A program made the translations under genes and the position numbers. From Amoeboradix gromovi X-113 (taxonomy: Eukaryota; Fungi; Sanchytriomycota), in the NCBI GenBank assembly GCA_018985225.1, contig JADGIF010000383.1, forward strand, positions 1 through 9,550: a stretch of 9,550 nucleotides of DNA. The letters run 5' to 3'. Shown here piece after piece: positions 1 to 8,263 of the stretch. The notes under the pieces were generated by a model that was not told where the DNA came from, did no database searches, and was given only the letters and a program-made list of their open reading frames with translations. How positions within the stretch are numbered: the first letter of the stretch is position 1; every line of letters begins with the position of its first letter.

Positions 1-47
1 ACTATTTCAAGGGACAATAGAGAAAATTCGTTTTACATCACTGCAAG

Positions 48-308
48 TGAAACAGTGTATGACAAAGTACACGGGAACGGCGGAAAAGTGACAAAGTCAA
101 TAGAAACAGCGGCTGTTTGGGCTCTCGATTGAAAATGGATTTCTTCCAGAGGAATTCATTTATTTTTGACATGAGATGAAACAGTGTCAGAAAAGGTAAA
201 CGGGGACGGCGAAAAAGTACACAAAAACAGCGGCTGTTTGAGCTTTCGAATGAAAATGGATTTCTGCCAGAGGATTTCATTTATTTCAATTTAAATATGA
301 AACAGTGT
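48..308. repeat. Imperfect tandem repeat: two full units (48-176, 129 bp; 177-297, 121 bp) plus the start of a third (298-308)
   Basis: TGAAACAGTGT starts at 48, 177 and 298. Units 1 and 2 share ACGGG(A/G)ACGGCG, AAACAGCGGCTGTTTG and TGAAAATGGATTTCT-CCAGAGGA-TTCATTTATTT. Confidence 0.92.
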
Positions 309-374
309 AACAAGAAGTCAAGGTGCTCAAAAATATCAAAAGACATCACTTAAAGCAATGACTTAACGTTTACT

Positions 375-1620
375 ATGGTCAATCCATTTGAAGTCTACAG
401 CACCAATGCACCAGAAGAGTACAATCTCAAAGCGGATATGCCGAGTATCTGTAGTTGGTCAGCTCGCCAATTCAAGTACTATCACAACAAGTACCTAAAA
501 CCCATTTCAGAAAACATAGACAATGATATTTACATCATATCTGATGTCAGCGACGATTTCGATTTCTGGAAAGTTATGTACACTTGCCACTTTCCTAATT
601 AAAAGTACTGATTTCTGAGAAAATCGAGAGCTTACAGAAAAACTAGTAATTCCAGATGCTCTGCTACAGCAATTGCTCACCTCTGCGCTGCTTGAGACGG
701 GATTGAACAAGGATGAATATGCTTGTTGTATATTAGTTGCTGCCATATGGTCTCTATCTATCCCAAAATGACAATTTGTACGGATGCAGCTTTCTAAATT
801 GGTCTTCTTTAGAATTACACACCTTGTACATGTCTGGCTAGTACATGCTCCTGTTATACCATTCCGTACTTCAAGTGTTTGCAGTATTGAAAAGTGAATG
901 GGATAGCTTGAATGCATACCCAATTCAGACCAACAGCGAATCTTAGACTAACTCTATTGACTGCAGATGACGTTTATTTCATAGGTGAGGGAGTCTTTGG
1001 ACATGCATCGCTAGATCTCCCTCTGGACTTGAATGGAATTTCTTTTGACCAGCTCATTCAAATACAGGAACGTCATGATATTCAACCGACAACTTTGTCA
1101 TCACAGCTGCAACTTTAACAAAGAAACCTCAACGGTCTTCGTACTTTTAGACACACTATCTTTGGAAGACGAAGAGTTTAACAAAATTGTAAATTTGACT
1201 ACCGGGATAGCATCGGCAATTTATAGGAAATGGCCTCATCAGTTTGCAAACGTGGCTATCACCGCAATTAATTCGAAACTAACTCTAACCATGACTTTAC
1301 TGAGATTAAGATGTTACTCGAAATCGATGGAATGAACACAGAAGAATTCATATAGCAATAACTTCCAAATGTATACTCTTAATTCAACAGTCGTTCTTAC
1401 CATCAGGTTCTACGACAAGTAGATGTATTTCTTCTACTGTGCTCCATCCGCTATATCCAGACGATATTCTCTGAATGTATGGCACAGATGGTACGAAAGT
1501 ATTGCAAAGACTATAGCACAGTTGTCATTGAAGAATGCCATTCATTTGCAGTTGTCGTACAACATCAGTCTTGTGATATTGCGCAATATGAGTGAGATTC
1601 GATTGGTCTACTGGGAGTAA
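375..1620 (+). pseudogene. Probable decayed gene of unknown family (chain of short + strand ORFs)
   Basis: Protein-like segments follow one another in changing frames (375-602, ~620-770, 912-1118, 1033-1335, ~1380-1590), separated by single stops and frame changes. I recognise no domain. Confidence 0.3.
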
Positions 1621-1665
1621 AAGGAGAACCGGGTGGGATAAATACAATCACCAGCAGTAATCAAC

Positions 1666-3366
1666 ATGCTCGCTTTTCTCATTTTGATATTAGCAAAGTA
1701 TTGCAATGACCGCAGAGCTAGTCGTGATCGCTTATTTAGTCAATTTATTGAGCTAACTGATGAAGGTGAGATAGACAATTTTCTACGTGATTGTAGAGAG
1801 AACCCTGAATTTAAATGTGTTGTAAATGGGCAAATAGACCAATACTGTCTAGATGTGTACATTCACATTTTTAATGTATATGATATTGAGAGAGATATAT
1901 TTGGTTTTTCTTGGCCTGGTGGCTTTTCGGAGTCGGCATTCATTTATTCCGAGGAGGCATTTCTGTATATGGTGCTTAAAAGCATTCATGATGGTAATGT
2001 AAGGATGTTTACTGCAGTTGCTCACCTTTTTAATCATGGTATCAGGGACACTACGTTCAAAGCTTTTTTGCTTAAAGGAAAGTTAATACCATTAACACAA
2101 GTAGGTGGTAGCGCATATTCTAAACTGTTAAACATGTTCAGTCAATCATCAAATTATGGAGCATATTCTGAGCTGGCTACTGAATTCAATGATTTACCAC
2201 GAGAGCATAGACTCCTAAGTTATGCTCTTAATCATGAAAGAGCTGAAATATTCATGATGATTTACCATTTTACAGATGCTGGTGATATCCCAGATGTGCT
2301 TAATGATTTTATGTATGAAGGCGTTCAATTTAAAGTACTTTTTCCTTTTTTTACTAAAGCTTTACCTAATAAGAAATGCACAACTTATCAGTACTCCCTC
2401 GAATACTTTTGTGCCTTGTCATCCACAAGATTTGATACTAAAGATGTTCCAACTTTGGAAGCGATTAAGAATTTTGCGATATCAAATATAAATCACCATA
2501 GAATTGATGACATTGAAATAATGGACCTGCTTAGAAATTTTGATCTTAGAAAATTCACAACTCTGCAATATTTAAAAACAAAGTTGAAGGAATATATCAG
2601 TTTAGAGTACTTGGAATTTGAGCCATATTACCCATCATTAGAGGCTACAGATATGTATTATCGCAATGTCGACATCATTACAGAAAAGGAATGGATAGCG
2701 CATTGGAATGCAAATTACGAATCCAATTGGTTTACGTATAACTATGCGGAAACCGAAAATCGAATGAAATTTTGGCAAGCATACAGAGGCTCAGTTATCT
2801 CGCAATGCAAAGTTATGGTAAACTGCAATTTAATTGTTAGATATTGCACCTCACCTTCAACATGTAGGCTAGTAGCCAAGTCACTAGCAGGAGTAGATGA
2901 GCAATTAACTACAGGAAAATATTTGATAATGCTACTTGAGAAAAAGGGCATTGATTATACAGCACTGGCATTGCGTATCATAGAGAAAATGAGTGGTGAT
3001 TTTAGTGATCTGGATATAGCCAAGAGGATTATAGAACCAGACAGACATTACATGCCCAAGTTAAGCTATTTGAAAGGATTTCATAAGAATATTGCAAATA
3101 GTATTCTTGCCTATAGTGGCACTTTATTTACTACGTATGTAAGTGATATCATTAACAATCGTGCTGTCTGTGAAGCATGTGACAATAAAATAGAGATCAA
3201 AACTGGTTTTGATGTATTGCCCTGTGGCCATGTCGTTCATAGTCACTGCAATGTTGCAGATAGTGATCTCTTCAGTCAACTCTTCCATTTATGCCCAGTG
3301 GACCAAAAAAGAGCGCCAGTAGCTCTCACAGAATCATTTAATGCTCCACAAATAGAAGAAGTGTGA
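1666..3366 (+). CDS. 566-aa protein with putative short signal peptide and C-terminal RING-H2-like zinc finger (candidate E3 ubiquitin ligase)
   Basis: Long uninterrupted ORF with N-terminus MLAFLILILAK. Positions 3169-3303 encode C-x2-C-x14-C-x-H-x2-H-x2-C-x14-C-x2-D (CEAC...LPCGHVVHSHC...CPVD). Confidence 0.88.
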   Translation: MLAFLILILAKYCNDRRASRDRLFSQFIELTDEGEIDNFLRDCRENPEFKCVVNGQIDQYCLDVYIHIFNVYDIERDIFGFSWPGGFSESAFIYSEEAFLYMVLKSIHDGNVRMFTAVAHLFNHGIRDTTFKAFLLKGKLIPLTQVGGSAYSKLLNMFSQSSNYGAYSELATEFNDLPREHRLLSYALNHERAEIFMMIYHFTDAGDIPDVLNDFMYEGVQFKVLFPFFTKALPNKKCTTYQYSLEYFCALSSTRFDTKDVPTLEAIKNFAISNINHHRIDDIEIMDLLRNFDLRKFTTLQYLKTKLKEYISLEYLEFEPYYPSLEATDMYYRNVDIITEKEWIAHWNANYESNWFTYNYAETENRMKFWQAYRGSVISQCKVMVNCNLIVRYCTSPSTCRLVAKSLAGVDEQLTTGKYLIMLLEKKGIDYTALALRIIEKMSGDFSDLDIAKRIIEPDRHYMPKLSYLKGFHKNIANSILAYSGTLFTTYVSDIINNRAVCEACDNKIEIKTGFDVLPCGHVVHSHCNVADSDLFSQLFHLCPVDQKRAPVALTESFNAPQIEEV

Positions 3367-3791
3367 AATATAATTAATTAAATCAATTTGTATCCAAATC
3401 ATCTGGCAAACAGTATAACTACTGAGAAACATTGCAGAATCTTCAGAAAAAACAACAATAAATAAAAATGCAACTGGTCACTATTTAGCTCGATCTGTTC
3501 ACATCTGCTGTGTTGGAGTTTAATCACTAGTCAGACCTGGTTTGCAAAACACTTATAATTCCAAAGATGCCAAAGAATGTCAGTACAGATCTGTCTTTTT
3601 TATTATGAATGAAATCAGAGAAATGGATTGTTTGATCGTTGCTGCCTTAGTGCCTCTTTTGAATAGAAATAAAGTAATTGGCATGTCTTGCAGATACGCT
3701 TGTGTTGTTGCATTTAGACGATATGAACATAGAAATGATATCAACGAGATTTGTTATTGCTTGTGCACAACTCCAAGTCAATTCGCAAAGC

Positions 3792-4108
3792 ATGATACCG
3801 TTGCTTTCTTTAGTTTTAGCTCAAATTTCCAATAATTCATATACTTTCACAGGTACTGGCATATCTGAAATCACTACAGATCTCAATTATTTCACAACTG
3901 TGAGCACTGTCAGTATTATCAATCACAGAACAATCGACACTTCTGCTATTCAGCTACCACCAACTGATTGCCAGAAAGTGGTGAATCCTGCAATTGGTTC
4001 GAACATAATGCAACCAGAAATTATGAGTCTCTGACTAATAACTGCTGCACTAGAAATGGAGTCGTATGCAGTGGTACCACGGTCATAGAGATATCGTGGG
4101 GCAATCTG
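3792..4108 (+). pseudogene. Frameshifted, truncated gene for a secreted/surface protein with an LRR N-terminal cap-like motif
   Basis: ATG at 3792 gives MIPLLSLVLAQ, a Ser/Thr-rich stretch, then DCQKVVNPAIGSNIMQPEIMS. Restoring one base at ~4029 continues LTNNCCTRNGVVCSGTTVIEISWGNL, which resembles the plant-type LRR N-cap (CC-x3-GVxC-x4-V). It stops exactly at the repeat starting at 4109, and no LRR units are visible afterwards. Confidence 0.55.
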
Positions 4109-4171
4109 TGTTATGAAATTAACAGTTTACATATCTATCAGATACTCAGCTACATCGGTGAGTTCATAACA
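4109..4171 (-). mobile_element. 63-bp miniature derivative of the LTR-like family (copy A)
   Basis: Perfect 9-bp terminal inverted repeats TGTTATGAA...TTCATAACA. The reverse complement of 4139-4171 matches 9474-9506 at 29/33 by manual alignment. Confidence 0.75.
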
Positions 4172-4797
4172 GAGTCTATGACAAAACATGTTGACGAGGA
4201 CCAAAAAAGTGAAGTCGAATTAGGGCAGTATTACATTACCATCTGAAATATAGCTGTTACAAGAAGGAATTACCGAGGTACAGCGAGATGTATGGTCAGT
4301 TGGTACAAACTAAAAATTCTCTTGAACCTGTTTATCAATCATTATTATCATCTATGCGATACATAGAATTCCATCTGAAGCATTATATCCTTCTGTTTAT
4401 GGTGTTGTATATATCAAAAAATTACGCCGAAGCAGAATTGTGAGCTTCATATGCTTTTGATGCAGCGGGTGATTGCTATTCTGCTGGAAGTATCCTAGTC
4501 ACATGCCAAGTGTTTAAGAGCGAGGCATCGTTCTTCAGTTAGTCTAATAATTACTCCTCCCCAGGTAGAGTATGGGGTTGCACAGCTTTACACCATTAAA
4601 TCAGACGCAAGCTACGATGAGTGTTCTGTATCATTCACAATACATCGCTTTAGAGTATCTCGCTGTCTTCATATTCCTTGTCTCTTCTTTAGATTCTCAA
4701 TATACAAAATTATATTTTAGGACAACAATTTGAAGCAAATTTTCCAAGTCATGCTTCGGTAGGAGTAAAAGGGACATTCGAACTAACATATTTTAAA

Positions 4798-5565
4798 ATG
4801 TCTACTTCCTGGTATTATTTTAGACAGGACTTAATGGGCTGGCTTACAGGTGTTAGCATTGTATTTTGGGTTATGAGTGTAGCAAGTTTATTGATTAAAC
4901 TATGGATTACCCGCAAAATGGTAGTAGGAGAATTCTTTCTAGTCATTATGATGCTTTTGGCATTATGGAGTTTGGGCTACGGTATAGCTGCCAGGTTTGC
5001 TCCGGATGATGAAATTTGCAAAGGTTATCAGACGTTATCGATTCAAGTCTTAATAGCCCAGTCTCTTCTTCTGGCATTCTACCCAGTACTGCGTATAATT
5101 AAGCTGCTTAGTAACGGTGCTCAGATAATACTGCTAATGGTTTTTTGTTTAGATATTTATTTTGTACTGCGTATTTGCAAGGAAGTTTTGACTGTATGCG
5201 AAAGTCAGTTTTGGACTGACTCATATTGGCACGTCCCATCCATGGTTTTTCATTGCACTATTACTTTTGGTGTTAATACACTCTGTATGTGGTGGTTACT
5301 AAAGTATATCAAACAATCTTCATATTATTCCATAAATAGCAAGTTGCAGCTGCTGAAAAAGGTTTTGACTACGAATTTAGTTGCCGGGTGCGTCTTGCAC
5401 GGATTTGGATTAACCAGCTGTATTATTCCACCAATTCGTACTTCAAGAATATTTCTCACTTGGCATATCATGCTGTATTTCAGCGTAGTGACTGAGATAC
5501 TTTTCAGTTTAAACAGCGAGCGCTCGATGAAAAAAAAGCCGTTGTCCAAATCTATTTATTGCTAA
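4798..5565 (+). CDS. Seven-transmembrane, GPCR-like orphan membrane protein (255 aa)
   Basis: Seven hydrophobic segments by eye, a Cys just before TM3 (DEICK), an Arg at the end of TM3 (VLRII), a Cys in the TM4-TM5 loop (TVCES) and a basic TM5-TM6 loop. ATG context is AAAATG. Confidence 0.75.
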   Translation: MSTSWYYFRQDLMGWLTGVSIVFWVMSVASLLIKLWITRKMVVGEFFLVIMMLLALWSLGYGIAARFAPDDEICKGYQTLSIQVLIAQSLLLAFYPVLRIIKLLSNGAQIILLMVFCLDIYFVLRICKEVLTVCESQFWTDSYWHVPSMVFHCTITFGVNTLCMWWLLKYIKQSSYYSINSKLQLLKKVLTTNLVAGCVLHGFGLTSCIIPPIRTSRIFLTWHIMLYFSVVTEILFSLNSERSMKKKPLSKSIYC

Positions 5566-6292
5566 GTTAACAGCGAGTTTAGGACAAAGTACGCGATACA
5601 ATAATTCTGTCCTATTATGTTTCGATTCCTCACAATGCAACTTTAGGGCAACTCTATATGAACTGGCGGCTAAACTCAAGCTAAAGATAGCCGGAACGTT
5701 TTATGAGTATAAGCTTGGACAGATTTTTAGTGATAAAGACGCTTCAGTGGTTCGCTTTGATCATCAATGTATCCCAGATTCTGAACACCAATGGCAAAGA
5801 CCTATTGTAGTTTGCCAGAATAATGTGGTGCTGAACACCAGTAGATGTGTATGCAAAGCCCTCAATCTCTTTCTCAAATCTAGCAAGAACCAAGTGGAGC
5901 TATCATTGTTATAGTTCCTCTTGTTTTGTTCTTTATTCCGGGACACATGGATTCGTTGATATTCTATCAATTATATTTACTTCTTGTCGAGATGGTGTAA
6001 TTGCCATAATAAATTATTTTTCATTTCAGCATCGGATTTCAAATTCTTAGACCAACTGAATTGCTCAGGCAGTCTTTTTGCAGATCAAGTCCGCTTTTGC
6101 TGAGTTCTAGAGATAATTTAGTAGTGAATGCTCTGTAAGAAATTGGGTACAACAGGTTTGCGCGCCTTTCAATAATCTATCTCAGGTTTAAATTCTAGTA
6201 TCTTCTCTCTTATTATCCGTCTCTACCGCCAACAATCACAAAGGACATTTTCATTATACAAGACTTCTCCTTATCAGTTTGAATTGAAACAA

Positions 6293-6931
6293 ATGCTCGT
6301 ACTGACTCTGTTTGCGTCTTCAAGCGAGTTGCCTAGCGGATTTGAGAGAGTAACATTCGGATCCTTAATTAAGCTAGTGCATCATAAATCGGATTACAGA
6401 TTGAATAGTATAGGAGTAAATTACGCAAGTGGTAGTGGACAACAAGTAGTAACATCTGTCCCAACAGCTAAAGACACAAACTCATACTGGATGGTAAGAA
6501 ATGGATTTTCAGAAGAGCAGCAGGATTTGGGAACTGTAGTGAGCTGTGACAGTATAATTAGACTTCAGCATGCCAATACCCAAAAACATTTACATTCGCA
6601 TTATCATTCTAGTCCTGTATCAAAACAGCAGGAAGTCAGTGCTTTTGGAGAAGAGAATCTGGACGATAATTGGAAAGTAATTTGTACACATGGTGATTTT
6701 TGGACAAGGGATGAACCTATACAGCTGCTGCACATCGGTACCGATAAGTATCTTAGTTCTTCAGAGTCCCACTCTTTTGGTAATCCAATCCAAGGTCAGC
6801 TAGAGATCTATGCTTCTGCAAACGACGATGAATCAAAATGGAAAGCAAGCGAAGGTATATACGTAGGTGAAGACGAAGACAATTTGGAGGCCAGCAGTTC
6901 TGATAGTAATGCCTCAAGAGAGGAATTGTGA
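6293..6931 (+). CDS. SDF2: Stromal cell-derived factor 2-like protein (three MIR motifs, ER lumen)
   Basis: Hallmark motifs VTFGSLIKL, YASGSGQQVVT, IRLQHANTQKHLHSH, SPVSKQQEVSAFGE, DDNW, PIQGQLEI and WKASEGIY, plus a C-terminal KDEL-type signal REEL. The first ATG is at 6293; the track's 6284 start is a TTG. Confidence 0.95.
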   Translation: MLVLTLFASSSELPSGFERVTFGSLIKLVHHKSDYRLNSIGVNYASGSGQQVVTSVPTAKDTNSYWMVRNGFSEEQQDLGTVVSCDSIIRLQHANTQKHLHSHYHSSPVSKQQEVSAFGEENLDDNWKVICTHGDFWTRDEPIQLLHIGTDKYLSSSESHSFGNPIQGQLEIYASANDDESKWKASEGIYVGEDEDNLEASSSDSNASREEL

Positions 6932-6940
6932 ATAAATAAA
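6931..6940 (+). terminator. Putative polyadenylation signal(s) overlapping the SDF2 stop codon
   Basis: TGAATAAATAAA contains AATAAA at 6931-6936 and again at 6935-6940. Confidence 0.45.
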
Positions 6941-6970
6941 TGGACTTGAGACATCAAATATAAAAATTAA

Positions 6971-7330
6971 CTTTCTGAGACAACTTTGAACATTATTTCA
7001 GCTTTGTTACTTTATGGATTTAACAGGCGAGTGGACATTCGGCTAGTACAAAAGGAAAATAAATAACTTTTTATTTTGAACATTGACTTTCTATACTTCT
7101 CTTTCCAAGAAATAACATTAGAAAATGGAACAAAGAAAGAGTATCGTCTAAGAAAATGCACCTTTTGCTTAGACACTCAAAGACCTTGCGTATTTGAAAG
7201 AGATAGCGGGTCATCTTGTTTTATTTTGAACAGTGGATTGAAGTTAATGAGAGATTCTTGGACTGAAAGAACTTTTAACAATCTTATATCCTCCTTATGG
7301 AGCACCTGCTTTAAAAACGAGTTGGTCTAG
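6971..7330 (+). pseudogene. Possible relic of a TnpB/Fanzor-like C-terminus (zinc ribbon half plus RuvC-III-like motif)
   Basis: YRLRKCTFC-x7-VFERDSGSSCFILNSGL resembles CxxC...(D/N)RDxNA(A/S)xNIL-x2-GL. In frame upstream of a TAA (7064-7066) is ALLLYGFNRRVDIRLVQKE. There is no ATG before the motif and the first CxxC is missing. Confidence 0.35.
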
Positions 7331-7389
7331 TTTTTATATTTGGTGTCCCACATGTTGCTAACGATAGAATTATTTTAGGATGCAAAGGT

Positions 7390-7545
7390 TGTTAGGATCC
7401 TCACTTGGATCTCTTGCTAAATCAAGGTGAAGTAGAGTTGGAAGTCAGAAGTTATTTACTAAAGTAATTGCAATTCTGTGATCTCTCAGAGCCTCTACAG
7501 ATCCCTCATTTGTCAGATGCTCAGTAACAGCGTTAGTTCATAACA
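7390..7545 (-). mobile_element. Internally deleted solo LTR-like element (copy B, 156 bp)
   Basis: On the minus strand it reads TGTTATGAACT...GGATCCTAACA. The 5' part matches 9474-9550 at about 60/77 and the 3' part matches 8722-8798, so this copy links both ends of the family. Confidence 0.85.
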
Positions 7546-7885
7546 GACTGGATATCTCATTGCGGCTTTGATAAATTCGTAATCTCTCATGTTAGAAATA
7601 TGTTCAAGAAAATAAATATTTTTTTAGACCAACCAAGCATAAAAACGTTGGTTCTGTATAAAAATGGTCCATGATGAATTGATATAACTTCACTACTAAT
7701 CAATCAGCGCTTCTTTTGCCAATTAGTGGTAATTAAGTTATAATTTATCATAGTGAAAGAGTTGAAATTGCAATTCCGATATTCCGCGCTGTGAATGGAG
7801 CACATTTATTCTTAGATTCATATCCAATCATTCCGCTTTTGCAAGGAATATAAAATTATTTAAACAGCCCAATCACTACTTCATA

Positions 7886-8263
7886 ATGATTATGCTATTA
7901 GTATCTATGCTATTTGGAAGCTATGATTCGGAATTTCGCAGTGCCTGTGATAAGGCAATGAAGGCATGGGGAAAGCTTGCTCTTACGGATGCAATCGGTT
8001 ACTGTGATGCAAGATGGAACAAAGGTAAAAAAGGATGTGCTGATTTGAAGACGAGTCTTGAAAGTGCGAGAGCGGGCGTAGAAAGTAGTTGCACTTATAA
8101 GGCGGGTCCGTGTGATTTTTCAATTGATCCTCTAAGTCCAGGTTCTCAAGCAGGTTGCTTTGACCCTCATAAGTATTGTGACGCTGTACTACTTACAGTA
8201 GGTGCTCAAGCAAGCTATTACAATAATAATGGGAATCTGACAGATACTCAGCAACATTGTTGA
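7886..8263 (+). CDS. Small Cys-rich, probably secreted protein (125 aa, 8 Cys; effector-like)
   Basis: Hydrophobic N-terminus MIMLLVSMLFGS, 8 Cys, higher GC than the flanks, and TATAAAA at 7849-7855. The last codons and the stop lie inside a repeat copy. Confidence 0.7.
   Translation: MIMLLVSMLFGSYDSEFRSACDKAMKAWGKLALTDAIGYCDARWNKGKKGCADLKTSLESARAGVESSCTYKAGPCDFSIDPLSPGSQAGCFDPHKYCDAVLLTVGAQASYYNNNGNLTDTQQHC

Noticed and set aside
48-308. CRISPR array
   Set aside because: The whole unit is repeated with no unique spacers, there are no cas genes, and the context is eukaryotic.
375-1620. TAA/TAG-to-Gln reassignment as an explanation for the broken ORFs
   Set aside because: The 566-aa, 255-aa and SDF2 ORFs contain many Gln codons and no in-frame TAA/TAG, and the broken region also needs frameshifts and TGA read-through.
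1849-2951. Short ORFs 1849-2037, 2276-2491 and 2742-2951; likewise 38-280, 507-923, 3542-3835, 5325-5549, 5764-5970 and 5847-6050
   Set aside because: They are shadows of longer genes or repeats, or short ORFs with no motif support.
4280-4667. 10-bp inverted repeat ACAGCGAGAT/ATCTCGCTGT, and direct repeat CTGAACACCA at 5781 and 5831
   Set aside because: Too short to separate from chance, with no TSD or other supporting structure.
6284-6292. TTG start for SDF2 given by the ORF track
   Set aside because: In a eukaryotic context the ATG at 6293, in an A-rich context (AAACAAATG), is the more plausible start.
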